From Actinomycetota bacterium (lineage in GTDB: Bacteria > Actinomycetota > Acidimicrobiia > Acidimicrobiales > Ilumatobacteraceae), in the NCBI GenBank assembly GCA_016871395.1, contig VFYV01000009.1, positions 7,457-71,456 on the forward strand: a stretch of DNA of 64,000 nucleotides, given 5' to 3'. Each line of letters starts with the position of its first letter. The stretch's first letter is position 1. Both the position numbers and the translations under genes were made by a program. This document shows, piece after piece, positions 8,751 through 18,171 of the stretch. The notes under the pieces are model-generated. The model did not search any database. It saw only the letters and a list, made by a program, of their open reading frames with translations, and had not been told where the DNA came from.

Positions 8751-9872
8751 ATGAAGTTCTCAGTGGGGCCGGCGATGGTCATGGCGTTCCTCGCCGGATC
8801 GGTGGGTTGCGGATCCGGTGAGCCCTCGGAGTACCTCGATCCCGTGGGGCGACTTCTTGCCACGTCGGAATCCGTGTTCGAGCGGGCCAACGGCGAGGAC
8901 GTTTGGGAAGTGGTCGTGTGTCGCATACCGCTCCAGTCGACGGACCCGTTGTACGCGATGCTCGACGATCGAATGGAGCGCGACGCCGTCGAGATCGCCC
9001 GACTCCTGCAGCCGGTGACGGAGTACTTCCAGCGCTGGTCGGGTGGTCGATACGAGCCCCGTTTCGTGCCCGCATCGTTCGCGGTGTCGATTCAGGCCAC
9101 CGACACCTCGCAGCAGTGTGTCGAGCACGCATTCGAGCAGTCCTCGCCCTCGTCGAGTGGCGTATTGGTGGTGGCCGACGCGCAACATGCCGAGGGATCC
9201 GAGGGCGGACGGGGAGGTCCCGGGGCGCGGTGCTCGGGAGATTGTTCGGCTCAAACGACGAGACGTTACGTGTACGTGGGGGCATCGGACTTCATGTCGG
9301 TGTGGGGCAGTGAGCCACCGCTCGACCTGATCGAACACGAGCTGGGGCATGGACTGGATTGGCCCCACAGTTCGCTCTCGGCGGAAGGTCTCGACGACGT
9401 CGAGTACGACAGCCCGTACGACTTGATGAGCAACAACGCGTCGGCGCGTGAAGTGGACCCGAGATTGCGCCATGGTCCGGGAATTTTGGTGGTGAATCTG
9501 TTGGCGACCGGCTGGATCGATCCGGCGCGAGTCGAGCGCTGGAGTCCCGATGAAGACTCACGGGTCGTCGACATCGTTCCTCGCTCGCGGCTCACGTCCG
9601 CGGAATCGATAGCGGTGGCGATACCGATCGACGCCTCGACCTTCGCCTCGGTCGAGCTGGTCGAGGCTTCGGGAGATGACGCGTTTCATGTCGGTGATTT
9701 CGTGCTCGTTCATCGGATCGTCGTGATCGGGGAAACGGGCTTCCAACGCCGTCAACATCTGATGTCGGGGGAGTTGCGTGAGGGTGACGAGTGGTCCGGT
9801 GACGGGTTCACGGTACGGGTGGTGCGGATCGATGCCGGCGCCGCCCGCATCGAGATCAGCGGAGCCGCCTGA
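8751..9872 (+). CDS. Putative secreted zinc-metalloprotease lipoprotein
   Basis: The ATG at 8751 gives MKFSVGPAMVMAFLAGSVGCGSG, a signal peptide with the lipobox LAGSVGC. The motif HELGHGLDWPH has HExxHxxxxxH spacing. The upstream 49 codons of the track ORF overlap the divergent WS/DGAT gene. Confidence 0.75.
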   Translation: MKFSVGPAMVMAFLAGSVGCGSGEPSEYLDPVGRLLATSESVFERANGEDVWEVVVCRIPLQSTDPLYAMLDDRMERDAVEIARLLQPVTEYFQRWSGGRYEPRFVPASFAVSIQATDTSQQCVEHAFEQSSPSSSGVLVVADAQHAEGSEGGRGGPGARCSGDCSAQTTRRYVYVGASDFMSVWGSEPPLDLIEHELGHGLDWPHSSLSAEGLDDVEYDSPYDLMSNNASAREVDPRLRHGPGILVVNLLATGWIDPARVERWSPDEDSRVVDIVPRSRLTSAESIAVAIPIDASTFASVELVEASGDDAFHVGDFVLVHRIVVIGETGFQRRQHLMSGELREGDEWSGDGFTVRVVRIDAGAARIEISGAA

Positions 9873-10437
9873 TGATCGGGCGAGCCAGCAGACCCAGACC
9901 GAGACCGACGGCTGCTCCGGCGACGACATCACTGGCGTGATGGATGCGGACCACTGCGCGGCTACTACCCACCACGGCGGCCAGTCCGAACCACAGCGGC
10001 GCGGTCCGCTTGCCGTCCCAAGTGGTGAGAACGGTGGCGGCGAACACGGCCGAGCTGGCGTGTCCGCTGGGAAAACTGCTGGTGGCCGGGGTGCGCACGT
10101 CGAAACGATCGTCACCGCTGGAGGTGGGGCGCTCGCGTTTGAAGATGCGCTTCACTCCTTGGTTGACCAAGAGCGACTCGGCACCGAGTAGCGCCGAAAA
10201 AGCGATGGCCTGCGAGGCTCGTTTTCCGCCCGTGAGCCCGCGGGCGATGCCGACGAGGTGCCACACGAGACTGAAGTCCCCCAAATGACTGGCGGCTTCG
10301 AAGGCTCGGGACGCCACCGGATGATTACGAACACGCTCGAGCAATTCGTCGACCACCTGATCGAAGCGATCGACGGTCGGCCCGAAAGCGCCCGAACCCG
10401 GTGCGGAGTCGTGCTCGGAACCGATGACCGCGGACAT
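9856..10437 (-). CDS. PAP2-family phosphatase (phosphatidic acid phosphatase type 2)
   Basis: All three PAP2 motifs are present: KRIFKRERP (Kx6RP), PSGH, and SRAVVRIHHASD (SRx5Hx3D). Confidence 0.85.
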   Translation of the reverse strand: MSAVIGSEHDSAPGSGAFGPTVDRFDQVVDELLERVRNHPVASRAFEAASHLGDFSLVWHLVGIARGLTGGKRASQAIAFSALLGAESLLVNQGVKRIFKRERPTSSGDDRFDVRTPATSSFPSGHASSAVFAATVLTTWDGKRTAPLWFGLAAVVGSSRAVVRIHHASDVVAGAAVGLGLGLLARPIIRRLR

Positions 10438-10444
10438 CGTGACG

Positions 10445-11287
10445 TCAGGGCTCCAAGGTGTCGGCGAAGGTGTCGATGATGCGAGCGATGCGGGCCGGAT
10501 CGACGAAGGGGCCGAAGTGATCGAGATCGCTGTACTCGATGTGATTGCCCTGGGGGAGGCGATCGGCGATGGCCTCGGCGAAACCCGAGGGTTGGAAAGG
10601 CTCGGGGTGACCGCTCAGGACCCAGACGGGAATACCGATCTCGGGGAGTTTTTTCCAAAGATTCGGAATGCTCGGATTCTTGAAGTTCTCCGATTCGAGA
10701 ACGGGCGAACACTTCAGGTGCATCAGGCCGTCGTCACCTTTGCGGAACCCTCCGTGAACGTAGGCCTCGAGAGCCTCGGGTGTGAAGTGAGACATCGGGA
10801 GTTTCGACGAGTAGTTCTTGATGGCCTCGTCGAGCGACTTGAACGACGGCTTGCGGCGCGCGGCACCCTCGGCGAGAACGTTCGGACGAGAGGCCGGGCG
10901 TCGGACGTTGTCGGGGACGAGGATGGGTTCGTACAGGAGGAGTCCGCGGAAGAGTTCCGGGTGCTTGATGGCGGTCAGCAGCAACGTGGCACCACCCATG
11001 GAGTGCCCGACACCGATGATGCCGCCCTTTTGAGCAATGGCCTTGGCGGCGGCGGTGGCATCGGAGGCGTACCCCGACCAGGCGACTCTCCAGTCCTTGG
11101 GGGCGGCGGTGTCACCGTGACCACGATGGTCGTGGGCGTAACAGTGGAAGCGCTTGATGAGGCTGGCGGCTACTGGTTTCCAGCACAATCCGTGGAACCC
11201 GTTGGCGTGGGACATGAGCATGTGGGGACCCGAGCCGCCGAGATCGTGAAGTTCGACCTTGACGCCGTTGGCGGATGCAACTTTCAC
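10445..11287 (-). CDS. Alpha/beta hydrolase
   Basis: The nucleophile elbow GVGHSMGG (GxSxG) is present, the length of 280 aa is typical, and the start is GTG at 11287. Confidence 0.85.
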   Translation of the reverse strand: MKVASANGVKVELHDLGGSGPHMLMSHANGFHGLCWKPVAASLIKRFHCYAHDHRGHGDTAAPKDWRVAWSGYASDATAAAKAIAQKGGIIGVGHSMGGATLLLTAIKHPELFRGLLLYEPILVPDNVRRPASRPNVLAEGAARRKPSFKSLDEAIKNYSSKLPMSHFTPEALEAYVHGGFRKGDDGLMHLKCSPVLESENFKNPSIPNLWKKLPEIGIPVWVLSGHPEPFQPSGFAEAIADRLPQGNHIEYSDLDHFGPFVDPARIARIIDTFADTLEP

Positions 11288-11422
11288 GATTGTGTACCCA
11301 TGATTCCGTTCGTGACCAAGACCGTGATTCTACGGGGGAGGGGCGATCTTTGACTCGCGCCCACCCCACCTCTCCCTGTCGGCCATGACCGAAATGCGAC
11401 AACTCGTCGCCACTTTCGTGTG

Positions 11423-12532
11423 TCAGTGGGAGGGGTCGCGGGGGAGGCCCAGCAGGCGTTCCCCGATGATGTTGCGTTGCACCTGGCTCGTGCCACCGGC
11501 AATCCGACCCCCCGGCGCCGACAACAGTCCGAAGGCATCGGCACCATCCAACGTCGATTCCACCCCGGCGATGTCGGCGCGCAACATTGCACTGTCGAAC
11601 ATCATTTCGGTGATCCCGAGTTTCATCAGCGAGGCCGCCGTCGAGGCCACCGGTCCCTGTCGTTGCGCCATCGCCTTGTAGGCCATGCCTTTCGACAGCA
11701 GTTTGGTCAGGTCCTGTTTCTCGGTTCCGCTCAACTCCCGCCCTTGAGCCATTCGCGCGATCGACTCCAGACGGCGTTCCAACGAGATCACGCTCGTTCC
11801 GATGTGACCGCGCTCGGAAGTGAGCACCGCCATACCCACGCCCCAACCGCCATGCAACGGCCCGAGCAACGCGTCGGCCGGAAGTTCGACGTCGGTGAAG
11901 AACACCTCGTCGAACTCGGCCTCGCCGGTCATCTGTTTGAGCGGCCGTATTTCGATCCCGGGCAGGTTCATGTCCATCAGGAAGAAACTGATTCCCTTGT
12001 GCTTGGGTGCGTCGATGTCGGTCCGGGCCATGAGGATGCCCCAGTTGCTGTAACGCCCGCCGGAGCACCACACCTTCTGTCCGTTGACGATGTACCGATC
12101 CCCGTCGGATATCGCTCGCGTACTCAATGACCCAAGGTCACTTCCGGCCCCGGGCTCACTGAACAACTGGCACCACACATGGTCGGCCTGCAACGTTGCA
12201 TTCAGGTGCCGCACCTGTTGCTCGGGTGTTCCGAACTTTTGAATGGCCCCACCAGCCAAAACCAGGCCCACCATGTTGAAGACACCGGGAACTCCGGCCA
12301 ACGCGCATTCGTACAGCCACTGGGCCTGATGAGCGGCGGTCAGTCCCTGTCCTCCCACCTCGGTTGGCCAATGGATGCCCGCCCATCCCGATTCGTAAAG
12401 GTGACGTTGCCAGGACAAACCGGAGTCCACCAGATCTGGCGGGCAGATCGCACCGTAATCGCGGGGCGCCCGCAGCCGGTTGGCCGTCAACCACTCGCTG
12501 GCGCGCTGTCCGAACTCCTCGACGTCGATCAT
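11423..12532 (-). CDS. Acyl-CoA dehydrogenase
   Basis: ACAD-typical blocks are QLFSEPGAGSDL, YIVNGQKVWCSGG and C-terminal GGTSQVQRNIIGERLLGLP. It is a paralogue of the ORF at 15195..16418. Confidence 0.9.
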   Translation of the reverse strand: MIDVEEFGQRASEWLTANRLRAPRDYGAICPPDLVDSGLSWQRHLYESGWAGIHWPTEVGGQGLTAAHQAQWLYECALAGVPGVFNMVGLVLAGGAIQKFGTPEQQVRHLNATLQADHVWCQLFSEPGAGSDLGSLSTRAISDGDRYIVNGQKVWCSGGRYSNWGILMARTDIDAPKHKGISFFLMDMNLPGIEIRPLKQMTGEAEFDEVFFTDVELPADALLGPLHGGWGVGMAVLTSERGHIGTSVISLERRLESIARMAQGRELSGTEKQDLTKLLSKGMAYKAMAQRQGPVASTAASLMKLGITEMMFDSAMLRADIAGVESTLDGADAFGLLSAPGGRIAGGTSQVQRNIIGERLLGLPRDPSH

Positions 12533-12571
12533 GGTGTCGCCCCTCTCATTCGCGCGCTTGGGCCCTCGTGC

Positions 12572-13465
12572 TCACGTGAAGAACGGGAGGAACAGAGCGG
12601 TCTCTTCGCCCAGATTGCTCGGCACGGAATAGGTGGAACGATCCGTGATGGTGTCCCAGTTCCCCTGCACGTCCTCGGGTGTGAGAGCAGGGTTGTGGTA
12701 CCCGTTGGTCTCACCGAGAAAGACCTGAGCCACGCGTCCGCCCCCGACCGAGAAGAGCTGGCCGCTCACCGGGCAGTCCTCGTGGGCCAGGAACGCCACC
12801 AACGGGGACACCAGGCCCGGATCCAACTTGTCCTTCAGCCCGCCGAGAATGTTCTCGGTCATGCGCGTCATCGCCAATGGCGCGATGGCGTTCGCTTTGA
12901 TGTTGAATTTGGCGCCCTCGACACCGAGCACGCGCGTGAACCCGACCAAGCCCATCTTGGCGGCGCCGTAATTCGTCTGTCCGAAGTTTCCGAACACGCC
13001 GGCGGCCGACGAAGTGGAGATGACGCGGCCGTAACCCTGTTCGCGCATACGTACGAAAGCCGGCCTGGTGACGTAGAACGCGCCCTTCAAGTGGACGTCG
13101 AGAACGGGGTTCAGCAGGTCGGGCTCCATGTTGTGGAACGCCTTGTCGCGCAGGATGCCGGCGTTGTTCACGACGATGTCGACGCGACCGTAGGAGTCGA
13201 TCGCCGTCTGGACGATGGCCTCGCCGCCCTCGGGGGTGGCCACCGAATTGTGGTCGGCCACGGCCTCGCCGCCGGCGGCTCTGATCTCGTCGACGACCTT
13301 CTGGGCCGCGGAGGCATTGGCGCCCGTCCCGTCGACGGATCCACCGAGGTCGTTCACTACGATGAGGGCGCCGCGCTCGGCCATGAGCAAGGCGTGCTGT
13401 CGGCCGAGGCCGCCTCCCGCTCCGGTGATGATCGCGACTTTGCCGTCGAATCCGAGTACTGCCAC
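12572..13465 (-). CDS. SDR, MFE-2-type (R)-3-hydroxyacyl-CoA dehydrogenase-like
   Basis: Motifs are ITGAGGGLG, NNAGILRD and YGAAK. It is colinear with the second SDR at 28772..29692, and the overall pattern matches the N-terminal dehydrogenase domain of multifunctional enzyme type 2 (Hsd4A-like). Confidence 0.88.
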   Translation of the reverse strand: MAVLGFDGKVAIITGAGGGLGRQHALLMAERGALIVVNDLGGSVDGTGANASAAQKVVDEIRAAGGEAVADHNSVATPEGGEAIVQTAIDSYGRVDIVVNNAGILRDKAFHNMEPDLLNPVLDVHLKGAFYVTRPAFVRMREQGYGRVISTSSAAGVFGNFGQTNYGAAKMGLVGFTRVLGVEGAKFNIKANAIAPLAMTRMTENILGGLKDKLDPGLVSPLVAFLAHEDCPVSGQLFSVGGGRVAQVFLGETNGYHNPALTPEDVQGNWDTITDRSTYSVPSNLGEETALFLPFFT

Positions 13466-13504
13466 GGGTACCGCTCCTGAGGTGTGTTCGTGTCGGGTCG
13501 AACG

Positions 13505-15148
13505 CTAGCCGAGGGCCTTGGTGGCCCGCGCGGTGAGCGCCTTGTAATCGAGTTTGCCGTTGCCCGCGCGACCCACGGTGTCCACTACCACCACTCGCTT
13601 CGGGGCCTTGTACGCCGCCAATCGAGACTTGACGTGGGCGATGATCTCGATCTCATCGATCGTCTGATTCTGAAGCGGCTCGACGAGAGCCGTGATTGCT
13701 TGGCCGAATCGTTCGTCGGGAAGGCCCACCACGGCAGCATCGGCGACTGAGGGGTGACGTTTCAGAACCTCCTCCACCTCCTCGGGATACACCTTCTCAC
13801 CACCGGTGTTGATGCACTGACTTCCCCGTCCGAGCAAGTGGACCGTCCCGTCGGCGTCGACGCTGGCCCAGTCACCGGGGATCGACCATCGCACACCGTC
13901 GAACACGACGAAGGTCTCGGCCGACTTCTCGGGATCCTTGTAGTAGCCGATCGGTGTGTGGCCACGAAGTGCCACGCGCCCCAACTCGCCGCTTCCGGGC
14001 AGCACCTCGCGACCCTCCTCGGTGAGCACCTTGGTTCGGGGTCCGAGCTGGAACGTGGCGGTCTTGGTCGACCCATCGGCGGTCGTGGTGTTCTGCGCCA
14101 TACCGATGGCCTCGGACGATCCGAGCGCGTCGACCATGATGAAACGATCGTTGTGTCGAAGCAGCCCGGCTTTGGTCTCGGCGGCGAACATCACTCCGCT
14201 CGAGATGATGACGCGCAACGACGAGAGATCCCATCTCGACGGCTCGGCATCCAATGCGCGCAGAATGGGCTTGGCGAAGGCGTCGCCCACGATGGACATC
14301 GAATTCACACGTAGCAGTTCGATCGTGTCCAATAGTTCCACCGGATCGAACCTGCGGCCGCGCATGGTGACGATCGATCCCGCCATCATCAGATTGCTCA
14401 TGGCGTTGAACAGTCCGGTGCCGTGCATCAGCGGAGCAGCGGGAAGGTTGCGGGGGCCGATCTTGGCGGTGCGCGCGAGCAACGAATCGAGATCCGGTGT
14501 GGGTGGCAACTTCACGCGGTTGGCGTCGTCGAGGGCCAGCAACAAGTCCTCCTGTCGCCACATGACCCCCTTGGGCATGCCGGTGGTGCCACCGGTGTAG
14601 ATGAGCAACAGGTCGTCGCCCGACCGAGACCATGGGGCAATCACCGTTTCGGCCGTGCCGGCCAGCGCGGCGGTCTCGTAGTCGGTGGCCCACGACGGAC
14701 ATTCGCCACTCGAGTCGTCGACCCACAACCACAGCGCGACGCGGGGAACCCGATCCCGTAGCGAGGCGATGGTGTCGGTGAAGCAGCCGTGGAAGACGAC
14801 GACCACCACGTCGGCGTTGTCCCAGATGTAGACCAGTTCGTCGGGCGTGTAGCGGTAATTGGTGTTCACCGGTGCGAGGCCGGCCTTGAACGTGGCGAGG
14901 ACACTCTCGAGGTACGGGGGGCAGTTGTACATGTACTGCGCCACCTTGTCCTGACGAGCGACTCCGGATGCGAGCAACGCCGTGGCGATGCCGTTGGCTC
15001 GTCGATCGAACTCGGCCCAGTCGTACCGCAGTTCGCGCCCGTCGCGTTGGGAGAAGCCGTATTGGGCCGGCGCGTCCGGGATCGCTCGCGCGAGGGCCTC
15101 CCATGAGTCGGCGAAGTTCCACGTGGCGCTGGGTCCGAGGGCGGGCAC
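13505..15148 (-). CDS. Acyl-CoA synthetase / AMP-dependent ligase (FadD-like)
   Basis: The AMP-binding P-loop LLIYTGGTTGMPKGV is present, with C-terminal GEKVYPEEVE...GKLDYKAL. The start is uncertain. I chose GTG 15148 (VPALGPSATWNFADSWE) because the ATG at 15196 would overlap the divergent ACAD start codon. The far-upstream part of track ORF 13505..15436 is unsupported. Confidence 0.85.
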   Translation of the reverse strand: MPALGPSATWNFADSWEALARAIPDAPAQYGFSQRDGRELRYDWAEFDRRANGIATALLASGVARQDKVAQYMYNCPPYLESVLATFKAGLAPVNTNYRYTPDELVYIWDNADVVVVVFHGCFTDTIASLRDRVPRVALWLWVDDSSGECPSWATDYETAALAGTAETVIAPWSRSGDDLLLIYTGGTTGMPKGVMWRQEDLLLALDDANRVKLPPTPDLDSLLARTAKIGPRNLPAAPLMHGTGLFNAMSNLMMAGSIVTMRGRRFDPVELLDTIELLRVNSMSIVGDAFAKPILRALDAEPSRWDLSSLRVIISSGVMFAAETKAGLLRHNDRFIMVDALGSSEAIGMAQNTTTADGSTKTATFQLGPRTKVLTEEGREVLPGSGELGRVALRGHTPIGYYKDPEKSAETFVVFDGVRWSIPGDWASVDADGTVHLLGRGSQCINTGGEKVYPEEVEEVLKRHPSVADAAVVGLPDERFGQAITALVEPLQNQTIDEIEIIAHVKSRLAAYKAPKRVVVVDTVGRAGNGKLDYKALTARATKALG

Positions 15149-15194
15149 GGGAGCGATGGTACGCCGTGCACCTCGGGGCGAATACTCTCGCTTC

Positions 15195-16418
15195 ATGGAT
15201 TTCCAGATGCCCGCCGTCGACGATCCGCGTCGTCTCGCCGTGCGCGACTGGATCGCTGCCAATCCCCGTCCGAGCGGGCGACAGTTGGCCGAGGCCGGAT
15301 ACGTCGCTCCGCACTGGCCGGCGCCGTTCGGACACGACGCCGACCCGATCCACCAGTTGATCATCGACGACGAACTCGCCAAGGCCGGCATCCGTCGGCC
15401 CGCCAATCCGATCGGCATCGGCTGGGCGGGCCCCACGATTCTTTACGCCGGCACCGAGCAACAGAAGAGCCGCTATCTGCTGCGACTTCTTTCCGGCGAG
15501 GACTTCTGGTGTCAGCTGTTCAGCGAGCCCGGCAGCGGAAGCGACCTGGCGAATCTCGGAACCCGCGCAGTTCGTGACGGTGACGAATGGATCGTCAACG
15601 GGCAGAAGATCTGGACCAGCGGAGCGCAACACGCGAAGTACGGCATCCTCATCGCCCGTACGAACCCCGAAGCACCCAAGCACAAAGGGGTGTCGTACTT
15701 CGTCTGCCCCATGGACACTCCGGGCATCGAGATCCGCCCCATCAAGGAGATGACCGGGGCGTCGACGTTCAACGAGGTCTTCTTCACCGACGTGCGCATT
15801 CCGGCGGGGAATCTCGTCGGCGACGTCGACGAAGGGTGGCGTCTGGCCAAGGTGACGCTCGGAAACGAAAGGGTTTCTCTGTCGACCGGTGGCGTTCTGT
15901 GGGGAAGCGGACCCACCGCGCTCGAGATGCTCGACGCGGTCCGCGAGCGTGGGCCGGTGGTCGACCCGGTGATGCGTCAGCGATTGGCGGGCGTCTACAT
16001 CGAGCACGTGCTACTCGACCTGATCCGAATGCGAACACTGTCCGCACGACTGCGCGGCGAGCAGCCCGGCCCCGAGGCCAGCATTCGTAAGATCCTGGCC
16101 GACGAGCACGGACAGAACGTGATGGAAGTGGCTCGCGACGTGCTCGGTGCCCATGCGCTGTTGCGTCAGAGTCACGACAACTCCGCGCGCGGTGAGCACA
16201 ATGGACTCGGCGGTGGTGGTGGCGTGGGCTTGCGTTCGCTCGACCACCCGGGCTGGTTCGACGGCTACATGTTCGCCCGTTCTCTCACCATCGGCGGCGG
16301 AACGGGCGAGGTGCAACGTAACATCGTGGCCGAAAGGGTGCTGGGTCTCTCGCACGACATCGATGCCCTGGCGGGTCTGACGTGGGCGCAGACCCAGAGA
16401 CGGGAGACGACGACGTGA
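15195..16418 (+). CDS. Acyl-CoA dehydrogenase
   Basis: The ATG at 15195 gives MDFQMPAVDDPRRLAVRDWI. ACAD blocks are QLFSEPGSGSDL, WIVNGQKIWTSGA and GGGTGEVQRNIVAERVLGL. Confidence 0.9.
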   Translation: MDFQMPAVDDPRRLAVRDWIAANPRPSGRQLAEAGYVAPHWPAPFGHDADPIHQLIIDDELAKAGIRRPANPIGIGWAGPTILYAGTEQQKSRYLLRLLSGEDFWCQLFSEPGSGSDLANLGTRAVRDGDEWIVNGQKIWTSGAQHAKYGILIARTNPEAPKHKGVSYFVCPMDTPGIEIRPIKEMTGASTFNEVFFTDVRIPAGNLVGDVDEGWRLAKVTLGNERVSLSTGGVLWGSGPTALEMLDAVRERGPVVDPVMRQRLAGVYIEHVLLDLIRMRTLSARLRGEQPGPEASIRKILADEHGQNVMEVARDVLGAHALLRQSHDNSARGEHNGLGGGGGVGLRSLDHPGWFDGYMFARSLTIGGGTGEVQRNIVAERVLGLSHDIDALAGLTWAQTQRRETTT

Positions 16419-17053
16419 ACAATCCGCCGCGGCCACGCGCCAAGCCCGACCGGCCGACGCATCCGACGAAGATCGCCCTACTCGAGGCCGGACGAACCCT
16501 GGCCGCCGAACACGGTCTCTACGGGTACACGGTCGAGATGTTGTTGGAGCTGTCGGGCATCTCCAAGGGTTCGCTTTACCACCACTTCGCCGATTTCGTG
16601 GACTTCGTGGAGTCGGTGCAGGTGGAGATCTTCGCCGAATCGGTGAAGGCCGACATCGAGAACGCCCGGGCCGCGTTCGAACGGGCCACGTCCAAGGTCG
16701 ACTTCCGTCGCTTCATCATGGCGGTGGTGGGTTCGGCCTTCCTGCCTGATCGGCCCGATCTGCGTCTGCTGCGCGCCAGTATGTTGGGGGCCACTCGCGG
16801 TCGTGAGGAGTACCGGGTCCGTCTCGGGGCCGAGCAGCGGCGTTTGCGCGAAATGTTGGCCGAGGTGATCGAACAAGCCCAGGCTCGGGGTTGGGTGCGC
16901 CCCGACGTTCATCCCGACACCGGTTCGGCCTTCATGCTGGCCTATTCCTTCGGGCTGGTCCTTGACGAGGTCACTGACCAGTCGGTCGACCCCCAGGCGT
17001 GGCAGGATCTGGTGATGGCGTTCATGGATCGGGTCATGTTGGTACCCGACTGA
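16415..17053 (+). CDS. TetR-family transcriptional regulator
   Basis: The N-terminal HTH is YTVEMLLELSGISKGSLYHHF. The GTG at 16415 forms a GTGA overlap with the ACAD stop, which suggests translational coupling. The track start at 16382 is also possible. Confidence 0.85.
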   Translation: MNNPPRPRAKPDRPTHPTKIALLEAGRTLAAEHGLYGYTVEMLLELSGISKGSLYHHFADFVDFVESVQVEIFAESVKADIENARAAFERATSKVDFRRFIMAVVGSAFLPDRPDLRLLRASMLGATRGREEYRVRLGAEQRRLREMLAEVIEQAQARGWVRPDVHPDTGSAFMLAYSFGLVLDEVTDQSVDPQAWQDLVMAFMDRVMLVPD

Positions 17054-17085
17054 TCGACTTTTCGACCCTCGTGCTATCGTTGAGC

Positions 17086-18171
17086 ATGCTGAAAAACACT
17101 TCCTCTTTTTTCGTTCGGTCTTCTCGTCCTCGCACCACGGTTCCCATCGTCATCATGGCCGCTCTAGTGGTCGCCTGTGGTGGTGGCGACTCGACTTCGG
17201 TCTCGAACTCGGTCCCCGACACGGCGAGTGCCTGTCCCCTGCGTTCGGCCGTGGAGGAGGCTCCGTTGGTGATTGCCACCACGGTGGCTCCCATCACGAG
17301 CATCGCGGCCAACATCGCCGCCGGCACGGATACTCGGATCGTCGGCGTGGTGCCCGAGGGAACGAACAGTCACACCTACGAGCCGCCGCCCAGTGTTGCG
17401 GCCACTCTGGAGGGGGCCGACATCGTTTTCATCAATGGATTGGGGCTGGAAGACCCGACCCGCCAATTGGCTGACGCAAACCTGGGTGAGGGTGCTGTCG
17501 TGTGCGAACTAGGAACGGCGATCCTGCCGCAGGACCAGTGGATCTTCGACTTCTCGTTCCCCGAGGAGGGCGGAAAGCCGAACCCTCACGTGTGGACGAA
17601 TCCCCCGATGGCCGGTGACTTCGCCGCTTTGTTGCGCGACTCCTTGTCGGCGGCCGACCCGGACAACGCGGCGACCTACGCCAGCAACTACGAGGCCTTC
17701 GTGGCCAAAGTGGATGCACTCGACGCGGCCATGGCCACCGCCTCGGCGACCCTCGACGAATCACAACGTCAACTTCTGACCTATCACGACGCCTACGCGT
17801 ACTTCGCCGACTATTACGGATGGACGGTCATCGGTGCCATCCAGCCATCATCGTTCGAGGAGCCCACCCCGCGCGAAATCGCGGATCTCATCACGCAGGT
17901 GAAGGAGTCAGGTGTGGCGGCCATCTTCGGAAGCGAGGTGTTCCCGTCCACCGTGCTCGAGCAGATTGGTGGCGAAACGGGGGTTAGGTATGTGGACGTG
18001 TTGCGCGACGACGACCTGCTCGGGGCACCCGGAGATCCCGAGCACTCGTGGCTGGGCCTGATGCGATTCAATTACGTGACCATGGTGGAGGCCCTCGGCG
18101 GCGACGCGAGTGCGTTGAAGGCCGTTGACGTCTCTGACGTCGGTTTGGACGAGGCCGAGTACCCCCAGTGA
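17086..18171 (+). CDS. Metal ABC transporter substrate-binding lipoprotein (ZnuA/TroA cluster-9 type)
   Basis: The ATG at 17086 gives MLKNTSSFFVRSS...AALVVACGGG, a signal peptide with a lipobox. The NPHVWTNP block is typical of Zn/Mn binding proteins. It is followed by the matching ATPase and permease genes. Confidence 0.85.
   Translation: MLKNTSSFFVRSSRPRTTVPIVIMAALVVACGGGDSTSVSNSVPDTASACPLRSAVEEAPLVIATTVAPITSIAANIAAGTDTRIVGVVPEGTNSHTYEPPPSVAATLEGADIVFINGLGLEDPTRQLADANLGEGAVVCELGTAILPQDQWIFDFSFPEEGGKPNPHVWTNPPMAGDFAALLRDSLSAADPDNAATYASNYEAFVAKVDALDAAMATASATLDESQRQLLTYHDAYAYFADYYGWTVIGAIQPSSFEEPTPREIADLITQVKESGVAAIFGSEVFPSTVLEQIGGETGVRYVDVLRDDDLLGAPGDPEHSWLGLMRFNYVTMVEALGGDASALKAVDVSDVGLDEAEYPQ

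Noticed and set aside
11334-11367. A GC-rich imperfect hairpin (ggggaggggcg ... cgcccacccc) between the ACAD stop and the hydrolase start, followed on the minus strand by a TAGAAT -10-like hexamer.
   Set aside because: The stem has a mismatch and a bulge, and there is no U-tract. It is plausible as a terminator plus internal promoter, but too weak to call from sequence alone.
13872-16007. A 711-aa minus-strand ORF spanning the fadD/fadE divergent junction.
   Set aside because: It overlaps two well-supported genes on both strands in a non-coding frame. The product is Arg/Gly/His/Pro-rich low-complexity sequence with no recognisable domain.
17083-17090. A perfect 8-bp palindrome AGCATGCT spanning the start codon of the metal-binding lipoprotein gene.
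   Set aside because: It is too short to distinguish from chance, and it does not resemble Zur, MntR or IdeR boxes as I remember them.
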